Source: Selaginella moellendorffii (lineage: Eukaryota > Plantae > Lycopodiophyta). From it: a DNA stretch of 64,000 nt. A model generated the notes under the pieces. The model worked only from the letters and a program-made list of their open reading frames with translations. It was not told the DNA's origin and did no database searches. The stretch covers positions 190,967 through 254,966 of the forward strand of contig NW_003314357.1 in assembly GCF_000143415.4 (NCBI RefSeq), in the 5' to 3' direction. The position numbers and the translations under genes were made by a program. Within the stretch, counting starts at the first letter, position 1; each line of letters opens with the position of its first letter. Of this stretch, positions 13,601-26,492 are shown piece by piece.

Positions 13601-16228
13601 CAAGGACTTAGACACTAATAAGTAGTGTCATAAGGATAGGCTCGTGGGGCTAATGGTGTGGAGACACCAAATGTGCCAAGGTGTGATACCTTGAGGTTAT
13701 GTTGGTGGTGTTGTTGCTAGCAACCGTGATGTCATGGAGAGTCTAAAATATGGAATTGTCCATATTAGACTATATAGCAACTAGAAAGCTTGCGAAAAGG
13801 GAAGCTTTAGCAAGCTAAGGGATAGAGTTCCTTCCAAGTTCCCAAAGACGATTCTAGGTAGCTTAGTACCTAGAAAGCCAAGCGTAAATGGTTCCTAGAG
13901 CGCGCAAAATCAAAGCGGCGCAGCAGAAGTGTGGTCTTGAAGCTGGCCATGAGGCGAGGCTATCAAGGTTGGGGAAGTGGTTCCCGAGTGTTCAAAGAGA
14001 GGGCTTTGAATGAAAGTTCATGGTTAAGGAGTTTCACGCTTATGCATGAACCATGTTACAGGGGCTGGATGACTTGCTACGTGAGATTGGCGAGTCAGGG
14101 GAACAAATCCCCTAGTTGAAGGTGCTAACTTCAAAAGGGGTGGCCCATAGGGCCAAGCATGGAGGAGTCCATGCATGATCACAGACTTGTCAAGTGAGAG
14201 GACTTGGCAGTGTAGAGGAACTAGGTTTCTAAGTTGTGATCTATAGCGCGCTTTAACTATAAGTTGGTGCACCGGCGTGGGGAGTCACACCAGGCATCTT
14301 GGATGATGCCTTCCGTAGATGCATATACGGAGGTTGGGTTCGAGTCCCAACCCTCTAGTGCTTGGGTTCAAGTCCCAAATCACTAGGGCGTGGTGATGGT
14401 TTGGAATATGAGGACACTCATATTTCGATGGTCATGGACTCTTAATGAGGAGATTGGCTTGGGCACACTGCCAAGCGGGGGATGCTCCGGAGTCATGATG
14501 CACAGTTACATTGCTTAGAATGAAAGCTTGGCATATCTAACTTGAACACTTTGGTGCAAAAGGCACCAAGGACGTGGTGAATGAGATGGGGACACCTAGT
14601 CTCAGTTGTTATGGATCCTTGGTTAGAAGGGCTGGCTTGGGCACACCACCGAGTGTGGGGGATGCCCCCGGGGTCATAGTCAATAACTTAGAAGGGTCTG
14701 GAAGACCTAGTTCCTATTGTTAAGGGGTCAAGATGAGATCACTAGGTGATCTTATGGCTAAACAAGGACAAAGTCTTTTTTTGGGTTAAGGAATATAATT
14801 CCTAGTTCAAAGTGTTGATTTGAACTATTAATAAAGGTGTGGCTTGGTCAAGGTGACCAAGTGGGAAGAACACCTAAGGGAAATGAGCTATGTCAATGCT
14901 GTGGCATAGTAAGTCTGAGGAAAGTAGTCTCTATAAAAGATCCAAGGGAGGGTCTCAAAAAGTTAGGCCATGGATAGAGCCCACAGTAGAAAATGTTAAA
15001 GAGACGTACTAGAGGTGAACACCCTTTGGACTTGGCAAAACAAAGTGTTTGCCATGGAATCGAAAGGAAACCTTGAAAATAGAGGTAGCGAATCCTATGT
15101 TGCTAGGTGCAACAATCAAGGATAGGAGCAAAAGACTACTGGCTAAGAAAAAAGCCATGGGAATCATGGGAAAAAAACCAAATGGCAAAGTTAGGCCGAG
15201 AACACTAACGTGTTGGGTGCTAACGGATTGTGGGAAAGGCAATATTTCCCTAAGGATGGATTCCCAACCGCTCCGATTTGGTGAAAGTGGATGCTCCAAA
15301 GGGGGGAACGGTAAGGTAGCCAAATAATAGGGCCGTGGGCAGCCCTAGCACCAATTATGATAACTGGAACTTAGTGCCAAAGGTGGCACGATATCGAAGA
15401 GAGGATGATAGTACCCTCAAGTAAAGAACTTCCTAGGATAGGGAAGTGGAGTTGCACCATGTGCAATGTAAGGTGTCGGAGACACCTAGGAAATTGACTC
15501 TGAAAAGTCAAAATTAAAAGTTCCAAAGTTCAAAGGTTCAATGGAATCTGAGACTACTCAAGAATGAATAGTAGAATTGAGTTAGAGAGGGTGTCTTTAA
15601 CGGGTTTAGTGAAAACTGAACCAATAAAAGGGAGCAAACCACCCCTGGTGGTTGAGTGAGTCTCCAGGTTGGAGAGACTATGCTCCTTAGAGGATGGACA
15701 AGGCATGGTGAGCCTTCGGGGTCAAACCATAGACAAATATTGGTTGGGTGTCAAGGATGGAAATGGTAATACCTGTGGGTGTTACTTTATTAAAGGGTTT
15801 ACCGTTCGATGAGGACATCGAACTTCGTCTATGGGTGGTGGAGTTGTGAGACACAAAATCCCTAGCCCCCGAAGTGGAGCCGGAAGGGTGCCACATGGTA
15901 GTGGCCGAAGCGAAAGCCACTCGTGGATGGACAACCTAGTCTTGGAGAGACGAGATTGTGATGCAAGTGGTATTGGACCACCAGTGCGGCAACAGTGAAT
16001 GGGCATGGCCTTAGCGTAACGGGCCAATATGTCAGTGGTACCTTTGGGTATCGGTCTTGGGACTGGACACGTAGAGCACTTGGACCAAGTGCAAGGGTTG
16101 AGTGGCATGGATGCCATTTTCGGGACTAGCAAGTCCCAAGTCCGGAGGAGGTTGTGAATGAGACTCCTACAAGTGGTTAGAGGTGTGGTTAAGTGACTAA
16201 AGTAGAATGGAAAATTTAGTCGCTTACA
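10700..16228 (+). mobile_element. Family A LTR element, copy 2: 5' LTR 10700-12414, tRNA-Met PBS, non-coding internal region, PPT, internally deleted 3' LTR 15845-16228
   Basis: tgcgagacacaaaatccc (10700) matches tgtgagacacaaaatccc (15845). LTR end gcttaca is followed by acttggtatcggagc (12415). PPT ctatgggtggtggagt precedes 15845. About 1.3 kb is deleted from the 3' LTR near 15920. No RT or integrase ORF. Confidence 0.8.
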
Positions 16229-17580
16229 ACTTGGTATTGGAGCTGTTCCTTAGTCCGACTTTTATTGGTGCTGAAGTATATCACCATTGATATTAGCATC
16301 AAAAGGTCCTAGGAGTGGGCCTATCCTTGAAGAGTAGCATGTTGAGAGGACATGGCTCTCCACTCAAGTTCATGCATGAACTTGGGCACGATGTGGTGGA
16401 TGGAAAAGGGCTAGTAAGGGAACGACTTTGGGATCTTGGGAACAGTACAAGGGTTTCCTCGGAGAGTTGAGGATGTGATCTAGATGAGCGTTTGACTTAG
16501 CAAACTAGCTGATGTGGTTGTGGTAAACAACTACAGTTGGGATCACAGGAAAGATGTAGACTCCAGAGAGATAAAGAGCACTTGGACCAAGTGCAAGGGT
16601 TGAGTGGCATGGATGCCATTTTCGGGACTAGCAAGTCCCAAGTCCGGAGGAGGTTGTGAATGAGACTCCTACAAGTGGTCAGAGGTGTGGTTAAGTGACT
16701 AAAGTAGAATGGAAAATTTAGTCGCTTACAACTTGGTATTGGAGCTGTTCCTTAGTCCGACTTTTATTGGTGCTGAAGTATATCACCATTGATATTGGCA
16801 TCAAAAGGTCCTAGGAGTGGGCCTATCCTTGAAGAGTAGCATGTTGAGAGGACATGGCTCTCCACTCAAGTTCATGCGTGAACTTGGGCACGATGTGGTG
16901 GATGGAAAAGGGCTAGTAAGGGAACGACTTTGGGATCTTGGGAACAGTACAAGGGTTTCCTCGGAGAGTTGAGGATGTGATCTAGATGAGCGTTTGACTT
17001 AGCAAACTAGCTGATGTGGTTGTGGTAAACAACTACAGTTGGGATCACAGGAAAGATGTAGACTCCAGAGAGATAAAGAGCACTTGGACCAAGTGCAAGG
17101 GTTGAGTGGCATGGATGCCATTTTCGGGACTAGCAAGTCCCAAGTCCGGAATTGGACTTAAGGAGGTTGTGAATGAGACTCCTACAAGTGGTCAGAGGTG
17201 TGGTTAAGTGACTAAAGTAGAATGGAAAATTTAGTTGCTTACAACTTGGTATTGGAGTTGTTCCTTAGTCCGACTTTTATTGGTGCTGAAGTATATCACC
17301 ATTGATATTGGCATCAAAAGGTCCTAGGAGTGGGCCTATCCTTGAAGAGTAGCATGTTGAGAGGACATGGCTCTCCACTCAAGTTCATGCGTGAACTTGG
17401 GCACGATGTAGTGGATGGAAAAGGGCTAGTAAGGGAACGACTTTGGGATCTTGGGAACAGTACAAGGGTTTCCTTAGAGAGTTGAGGATGTGATCCAGAT
17501 GAGCGTCTGACGCAGCAAACGAGCTAATGTAATTGTGGTAAACAACTATAGTTGGGATCACGGGAAAAATGCAGACTCCA
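16074..17580 (+). repeat. Three tandem 502-bp units, each LTR 3' end + PBS + start of the internal region
   Basis: gagcacttggaccaagtgcaagg starts at 16074, 16576 and 17078. Each unit contains ttaca|acttggtattggag. Confidence 0.9.
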
Positions 17581-19026
17581 AAACAATAAAGGAGTCACAA
17601 GATTACCCTTATATAGTTGAGGCTGGTACTCATAAATTTGAGATCGGAATTGTTGACTGTGGGAGGTCAAATACAAAAGAGGACACCAGTCCTTGAAATG
17701 GTAGCCAGGGCTACCTTTAATAAATGCTGGAACAACCCAAGGAGTTGGGGTGTACTTAAAGATGAGTTGCTATTCTCATTACATAGACAAGTAGTCCTAA
17801 GGGGCAAAGGTTAGCCCCAAGAAAATCATCAAGTGTCAGAGTAACACTTGCAAAGATTGTTCTTGTGAGTAGGACATGAATACAAAAAATTGTATTCTAG
17901 TGAGTTGGCACCTCTAAGACTAAGACCTCGCAGGTTGTTGGATTAGCAAAGTCCAAAATGTTGGATGACTCAAGTAGAGTCAGGGAATCTCATCTTGACC
18001 CCTTAATAGGTCTACCAATAGAACTAGGTCTTCCAGAACCTTGACTATGACCCCGGGGGCATCCCCCACACTTGGCGGTGCACCCAAGCCAACCCTTCCA
18101 GCCAAGGATCCATAACAACTGAGACTAAGTGTCCCCATCTCATTCACCACGTCCTTGGTGCCTTTTGCACCAAAGTGTTCAAGTTAGATATGCCGAGCTT
18201 TCACTCTAAGCAATGTAACTGTGCATCACGACTCCGGAGCATCCCCCGCTTGGCGGTGTGCCCAAGCCAATCTCCTCATTAAGAGTCCATGACCACTGAA
18301 ATATGAGTGTCTTCATATTCCAAACCATCACCATGCCCTAGTGATTTGGGACTTGAACCTAAGCACTAGAGGGTTGGGACTCGAACCCAACCTCCGTATA
18401 TGCATTTACGGAAGGCATCATCCAAGATGCCTGGTGTGACTCCCCACATCGGTGCACCAACTTATAGTTAAAGTGTGCTATAGATCACAACTTAGAAACC
18501 TAGTTCCTCTACACTACCAAGTCCTCTCACTTGACAAGTCTGTGATCATGCATGGACTCCTCCATGCTCGGCCCCATAGGCCACCCCTTTTGAAGTTAGC
18601 ACCTTCAACTAGGGGATTTGTTCCCCTGACTTGCCAATCTCACGTAGCAAGTCATCCGGCCACCATAACATGGTTCATGCATAAGCATGAAAGTCCTTAA
18701 CCATCGACTTTCATTCAAAGCCCTCTCTTTGAACACTCGGGAACTACCTCCCCAACCTTGATAGCCTCGCCTCATGGCCAGCTTCAAGACCACGCTTCTG
18801 CTGCGCCACTTTGATTTTGCGTGCTCCAGGAACCATTTACGCTTGGCTTTCTAGGTACTAAGCTACCTAGAATCGTCTTTGGGAACTTGAAGGAACTTTG
18901 TCCCTTAGCTTGCTAAAGCATCTCCTTTCATAAGCTTTCCAATTGCCATATGGTCTAGCATATACAATTCCATGCTTTAGACTCTTCATGACACCACGAT
19001 TGCTAGTAACAACATACTCGAGCACC

Positions 19027-22000
19027 TGTAAGCCACAAATTTTTCCTTTCCGATTTGCCAACTTACCTTGTCTATCCGACCAACACTGCCTTAGCTTGTG
19101 CTAAGTTCCCTTGCCAAGGTTCTCGCCTATGGTACCAGCTCCTACTTGGTTCTACTTGGTTTCAACTACTCACTGCACGAGCAACGGAGTGTTAGCCATC
19201 CATCTACGGATTCTCAAATCTCTCCCAATTCCCCTCCCTGGGTTAGACTGGACTTAAGGTTCGGCTACACTCCCCGCAGGCACAAGCAGCCAAGCACACC
19301 AAGCCTCCAAGTTCCTAACACCCCTTGGTACAACAAGACTTGATCATGGGACCCTCTAAATCCCAAGCCTTGGGTGCAGCACTTGCTTCGGGATGTCGGG
19401 GCGAAACATCGTGGCCTAACAGCCCGGTATGGGTACCCCCCCCACTTCCATCCCGAAGGGAAGGCCCAAGCCCCTAGGAAGGGCAAGGACCGATGAGCCA
19501 TAAGGTACTCAAGTGGGGCACCACTCCACAAGAGCCGGGAGCACTGCAGTCAGTTTCCCTTTCGGGAGTGGGAGCTGCTCTTGAGCACTTCCCTGGGTGG
19601 CCCCAGGGAGGGCCCCCGGCACCACCCAAGCCCATGCTCACTCCCACCCAAGGCCCCTCGGCCCCAGTCTCAACCTCAAGTCAGTTTAGAAGCACCACTG
19701 GAGAGTTTCTTCAAGACTGATTCCTGGACCTCACTATCCCTACTATACTTTTGGAACCCCCTGCAGCCCCCCCCCCCCCCCCTGGGAGACGCACGCTTTG
19801 GGCTTTCACCCCTTGAGCTGTATTAGTATTTGGACTTAGTCTCAGAATCGATCTCGGACTCGATCTCGGACTCGATCTCGGACCCGACTTTGGACTCGGT
19901 CTCAGACTCGATTTCGGACTCGATCTCGGACCCGATCTCGGACTCGACTTCGGACTCGACCTCGGACTCGGTCTCGGACCCAATTTGGATCTCGGACTCC
20001 GTCTCAAACTCGGTCTCAAACTTGGTCTCGAACTCGGTCTTCGATTCGGTCTCAAACTCGATTCCGAACTCTATCTTGGACTCGGTCTCAGAGTCGGTCT
20101 TGGACTCAATCTTCGACTTGGTCCCATCCGATGAACTCTTTGTCATTTCGGTCATGCTTTCGGGGATCCTTTAGCCTACAACACCTCGGGGAGTCGGTTC
20201 CTTACAACTCCACCACCCATAGAAGAAGTTCGATACCCACATCGAACGTCTCTTTATATCCTATGACTTGTTGACCATGTCTCCGGGGGCATCCCCCCAC
20301 TTAGCAGTGTGCCTAAGTTAAACTCCCCGGCCAAGAGCCCATGACAACGGAGTATAGGTGTCCCTATACTCCTCACCTCACCACGCCCTAGTATGGGGTC
20401 GGGACTTGAACCCAGCCTTGCTTTACTAGGGGGTTGGGACTTGAACCCAACCTCCGTAGAATACGTCTACGGATTTGACATCCCCACGGGGAGTTGGGCG
20501 TAGTGCCCTACGCATAGTCAACCTAGCTAACCCATGCTAATTAGCTTACCTTCGGCACGCCTTCGGTTCCCTACATATGCCACTTGCTCAACTTTGCAAA
20601 TTGATATTTTAATTGAACTTTGCATAAGTACATAGAGTTCTGCCTTGCAGAAATTCCTCCACTAGATCTCGCGTGTTCGCTAGGTTCTCCTCCGGCTCCC
20701 ATGTTGCCTCGCAGTGTGGAAATCCTTTCCACTTCACATGGAACTCTCTCACCTCGCGTCCTTGTTGCTTGCTCTTGCGCGCATTGAGGATCGCCTCGAC
20801 TTCATATTCCTCTTCCCCTTGGATAACCTCAGGTAAAGGTCCTTGCGAAGCGGATCCTCAAAGTACGGCTTGAGTAAGTTCATGTGGAACACTGGGTGCA
20901 TCTTTCACATCTCTCGAGGAAGTCGGAGTCGGTAAGCCACTTTACAAATTCGTGCCTCAATCTTGTAAGGCCCCGCGAACCTGCTTAAGGAACTCAAGAT
21001 CAATTCATTTACAGGAATACATGCATTTTTACCTTTGGGTCAACTTTCGGCTGATCCCACTTGGTAGCCTGAGGTTCTTTGTGTTCAGCCACACCTTCTC
21101 CCCAGCTTGGAACTCCACGTCCCGGCGCTTCTAGTTCACGTATTTGGTTTGCCTTTGTTGAGCCCGTTCCAAGGAATCCCTCACTAAATTCCAAATGTTG
21201 AGTCTTTCCGCCGTGAATGCCTCCACTGTGGGTAGCTCTCCATGATACTCGGCTATGCCGAGTTCCACAGGACCTTCAATAGCTCGCCCAAATAGTCCCA
21301 AATGACTTACCCAATCGGTCTGGTCTCCCGAGACATAGCATCGCAAATAATCCTCCAGCTGCCTATTCACCCTTTCTGTTTGTCCGTCTGTCAAGAAGTG
21401 TTAGTGCCATCACACTTGACTTAATACCCAATACCTGTCTGTGGGTGATAGGCTGTGCTGAATTTCAACTTGGTGCGATACTGTTCTAGGAGAGTCCTCC
21501 AGAACCTACTTGTGAAGATCTTATCTCAATCTAAGATAATCTCTTCCGGCCTTCCCCGCACTCGAACCACTTGTTCGAAGAATAGCTTCGCCATACCTTC
21601 CGCATCCACTTCCGTTGTGGTGGGTATGAAATGTGCCATTTTCGAAAATTGGTCCACCACCACGAATATCGCATCAAACCCCTCGCTTGGGGGGAGTCCT
21701 GTGATGAAGTCCATCGTAAGACATTTCCACGGATGATCTGGAATTGGGATGCTTTGCAACAAGCCCCCACTAGCCTTAGTCACGGCTTTGACCTGCTGAC
21801 ATGTTGGACATGTCTTTACATAGTCTTGGACGTCCTTAGCCATATTTGGCCAATGGTACTTCCTCTTGAGTAAGCCCATCGTCTTAGGCACTCCGCCGTG
21901 TCCCGCAAGAGGTCCGTCATGACACTCTTCTAAGGCCACCTTCCTTAGTTCCCCTTTTGGAACATACACCCTCGTTTGCTTGTAATAGATGAGTCCATTG

Positions 22001-25000
22001 CGTTCTGTATAGCCTGTTTTCTCTTCCATTGGCAGTTCACCTCTCTAGTGAGCTTCCCGTGCCTCTAGATTCCTCAGCAACACTTCTTGTGCTAGACCAT
22101 CGTTCTCATATGCTGTCCGCACATCGTCCCAAAAGGTTGTTGTCGCGCTGGATATTGCCAACCTCAAGCTCGCTTTTCGACTTAGTGCATCTGCCACGAT
22201 GTTGCTTTTCCCAGGCTTGTATAGGATCTCGCAATCAAACTTGGCCAAGGCATTGGCCCACCGACCCTGTTTCCCTCTTAGGTCGGGTTGTGACAAGAAG
22301 TGTTTCATTGCCACATTGTCTGTGTAAACCTTGAAGTGTCTCCCAAGGTAGTGTCGCCACTCCTTGAGCGCGTTGACCACCGCAAACAATTCCTTCTCGT
22401 GGGCAGGCCACTTCCGTTGAACCTTGTCCAACTTCTTCGAGAAGAACGCTACTGGATGGTTGTCTTGCTTCAAAACTGCGCCCAACGCAAAGTCCGAAGC
22501 ATCCGTTTCTACCTCAAAGTCTTTACCAAAGTCTGGTAATGCCAACACGGGAGCCTTCCTCAACTTCTCTTTGAGGTGGACGAATGCTGCCTCGCATTCT
22601 GCTGTCCATACCATCTTCCCTTTTCCTGTTTGGTCCGTTAAGGGCAAGGCTACTCTCGAATAGTGTCTGATAAACTTTCGGTAGTAATTGCATAGCCCCA
22701 AGAACGCCCTCAACTCATGTACATTCGATGGTCCCTCCCATTCCTGGATCGCTTGGACCTTCTCTGGGTCCACCTTGAGCCCGTCCTGGCCCACCACATG
22801 CCTAAGAAACTTTACCTCTTGTTGAGCAAAGTCACATTTGCTCTCTTTAGCATACAGTTTGTGTTCCCTTAGTTTCTCAAACACCTTCGCCAAGTGTTCA
22901 GCATGCTCCTCTAGCGTCTCGCTATAGATCAGAATGTCGTCAATATAGACGACCACGAAGTGATCCAGATAGGGTACAAAGATATGGTTCATCAACGCCG
23001 AAAACGTTGCCGGTGCATTGCACAGCCCAAAGGGCATCACCAAAAACTCAAAGCTCCCATACCTCGTTCAACAGGTTGTCTTCTCGACATCTTCCTCGGC
23101 TACCCTGATTTGGTAGTATCCTAACCTTAGGTCAATCCTTGAGAAGTATTTTGCCTTTCCCAACCTATCGAACAGGTCCTCAATCCGGGGCAAAGGGTAC
23201 TTGCTCTTCTTTGTATACTTGTTGAGCAACCGATAATCTATGCACATGCGTATAGATCTATCTTTCTTTTTCACAAATAACACCGGTGCCCCATACGGCG
23301 ACTTGCTCAACCTAACATACCCTTTGTCTACCAACTCCTCTAGTTGGCACTTGAGCTCCTTGAGTTCTTTTTTGTTCAAACGATAAGGGGGACGAACCAC
23401 TGCCTCTACACCCTCGACCAACTCAATCTTATGTTCTATTGGTCGTGCGGGGGGCAACCCCGCCGGTAGCTCCTCCGGCATGGTATCCTGGAATCGTCCA
23501 ACACCCGCTGGATCACTAAAGGTACTTCTTTCGTTCTTGTCTTTTTGTCACTCTTCACCGAGAGTAAGCACAAAAAGGCTGCCTTAGTTCCTTTAGTGAG
23601 TTGTCCTCTCGTGGACACCAGGTTTAAGCAGGACTCTTTGGCCTCCACCCTAGATCTTCTTCCTTGGGCATTCGCCAGTACCACAAGGTTCCTACCTTGT
23701 CCATGCAAGGCTACCACGAACCGATTGAATTAATCCATTCCGAAGATCACATCAAATCCCGCCATGTCCAACACGGTGAAATCCATGTCTACTTTCCATG
23801 TCCCTACTTCGACTCTCGCTTGTCGAAGTACCTCATCGGTGCTTTGGCTACCTTGAACAAACTCTATAGTCCTTGGTTCGCCTAGCCGCTGCACCGTTAG
23901 TCCGACTTGCCGGACTATGTCTGCAGCCACAAAATTATCCGAAGCACCCGTGTCAATAAGGATCTTAACAAAGCTACCTCCGAGCTTCCCTCGGAGGGCT
24001 AGTAGATGTCGCGAACGACTCTCTACCAAAGTTGCTCGTGTAATGAGTAACTTTGAGTTAGGGACTGGATCACATACCTCAATTTGGACTTCACCCGACT
24101 TGATGGCTATATTGGCTCTGGCCTTCTTCGGGTAGGGACAGTCCCTCGAAAAGTGCCCCGCTTCACCGCAGTTGTAGCATACGTTGTTTCCCATGCTACT
24201 ATACGACTTGACCTTCTTATCCGTGGGTTTGTCTCTTTTCGCTTGACTCCCCCATGTACTCGCTCGCTGGCCACCGGATTTGCCTTTCCAGAACCCCGAG
24301 GACTCATTCTTAGAGAAACTCTTCTTGAATTTCCCTCTGCTAAACGTTCCCTTTGGTTTGGCCCCTTTGCTAAACGTGGATCCCGACCCCGTCATGTTCC
24401 CCTTTCGTAGGTTATCGTTGAAATGCACCTTGATGACCACATCCAACGCTTCCTTGTAATTGGTTGGGTTCCACCGCATCACTTCACCGCGAGCCCAGGT
24501 TTGCAAACCTGATATGAAGGCATGGAACGCATCCATATCCCCCATGTCCGTGACAAGTATCCTCTTTGCCATAAACCCATTCACATACTCCTGAATGGTT
24601 CCAGTCTGCTTCAGCCTACTCAGCTTGTCCCTTAGATGTAGAGTAGCATTCGGAGGAACGTAAGTCACGTGGATCCTTGCCTTCATCATTTCCCAAGTGG
24701 CCATCGGTCCTTCGTTGACCTCTGTCGTTCTCCATCAAGACTTGGCATTATCTGCCAAGTATGGTTTTGCACATGGGACCTTCTCCGAGCTCAGTAACCG
24801 CAACGCTCGGAAGTAATCCTCCATATCGTAAAACCAATCCTTCACCACCTTATAGTCATTCACTCCCTTGAAGACCGGTGGGGGCTTTGGTTTGTACTTG
24901 GGTACTGCCTGAGGGACTGATTCCACTTCGGTGTGTTCAACCTTGTCTAGTTTTGCCTCAGTCCCTACTGAAGGGTCCACACCTTCTACGCTGCTAGCAT

Positions 25001-26492
25001 CCGCAGTCTTTCGCTTTTTCTTTCGCTTCTCGTCACGCTTTAGCTTGCGTACGAGAGTCTCCAATAGGGCATTGGTCTGCGCCAATTGTCCTTCTAGCCT
25101 TGGAGCCTCGGACGACCGAACCTCACCACCGGACTCCTGTTTGGAAGTTTCCTCACTGGAGTCCTCCTCATGCATGGATTCCTCATCCATAGCCTCTTGT
25201 TCAACCGGAGGCTCCAACTCTAGTGGAGGTTCCGTCTCCACCTGGGTTTGCTTATGCCCTGCCTTTGCCATCTCCCAGCAATTCACCTCTATCTTTCGCT
25301 AGAACTGAGGAAAAGGCTCCGATACCAAATTGTAAGCCACAAATTTTTCCTTTCCGATTTGCCAGCTTACCTTGTCTATCCGACCAACACTGCCTTGGCT
25401 TGTGCTAAGTTCCCTCGCCAAGGTTCTCGCCTATGGTACCAGCTCCTACTTGGTTCTACTTGGTTTCAACTACTCACTGCACGAACAACGGAGTGTTAGC
25501 CATCCATCTATGGATTCCCAAATCTCTCCTAATTCCCCTCCCCGGGTTAGACTGGACTTAAGGTTCGGCTACACTCCCCGCAGGCACAAGTAGCCAAGCA
25601 CATCAAGCCTCCAGGTTCCTAACACCCCTTGGTACAACAAGACTTGATCATAGGACCCTCTAAATCCCAAGCCTTGGGTGCAGCACTTGCTTCGGGACGT
25701 CGGGGCGAAACACTGTGGCCTAACAGCCCGGTATGGGTACCTCTACCCCCCCCCCCCCCCCCACTTCCATCCCGAAGGGAAGGCCCAAGCCCCTAGGAAG
25801 GGTGAGGACCAATGAGTCACAAGGTACTCAAGTGGGGCACCACTCCACAAGAGCCGAGAGCACCGCAGTTGGTTTCCCTTTCGGGAGTGGGAGCTGCTCT
25901 TGAGCACTTCCCTGGGTGGCCCCTCCGGCACCACCCAAGCCCATGCTCACTCCCACCCAAGGCCCCTCGGCCCCAGTCTCAACCTCAAGTCAGTTTGGAA
26001 GCACCACTGGAGAGTTCCTTCAAGACTGGTTCCTGGACCTCACTATCCCTACTATACTTTTGGAACCCCCTGCAGCCCCCCCCCCCCCCCCCTGGGAGAT
26101 GCATGCTTTGGGCTTTCACCCCTTGAGCTGTATTAGTATTTGGACTTAGTCTCAGAGTCGATCTCGGACCTAACTTCGGACTCGGTCTCGGACTCGATTT
26201 CGAACTCAATCTTGGACCCGATCTCGGACTCGACTTCAGACTTGACCTCGGACTCGGTCTCGGACCCGATTTGGATCTCAGACTCCGTCTCGAACTCGGT
26301 CTTGAACTCAGTCTCGAACTCGGTCTCCGATTCGGTCTCGGACTCGATTCCGGACTCTATCTCGGACTCGATCTCAGAGTCAGTCTTGGAGTCGATCTTC
26401 GACTTGGTCCTATCCGATGAACTCTTTGTCATTTCGGTCATGCTTTCGGGGATCCTTTAGCCTACGACACCTCGGGGAGTCGGTTCCTTACA
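19027..26492 (-). mobile_element. Full-length Ty3/gypsy chromovirus (element B), decayed
   Basis: LTRs 19027-20206 and 25331-26492 (TGTAAG..CTTACA). 5-bp TSD GCACC (19022-19026 / 26493-26497). tRNA-Met PBS tggtatcggagc just inside the 5' LTR; PPT at 20207-20225. Confidence 0.95.
20640..25286 (-). pseudogene. gag-pol of element B (gag with CCHC knuckle, protease, RT, RNase H, integrase, chromodomain), interrupted by stops and frameshifts
   Basis: CYNCGEAGHFSRDC; LIDTGAS; YIDD; ETDASD; integrase HHCC zinc motif, MDFITGLP and TDGQTER; chromodomain EYEVEAIL..FHVKWKGFPHCEATWEPEENL at ~20650-20815. Confidence 0.93.

Noticed and set aside
14330-14388. GGTTCGAGTCCC motifs as tRNA genes or SINEs
   Set aside because: No A-box/D-arm, anticodon arm or acceptor stem; reported instead as a structured element.
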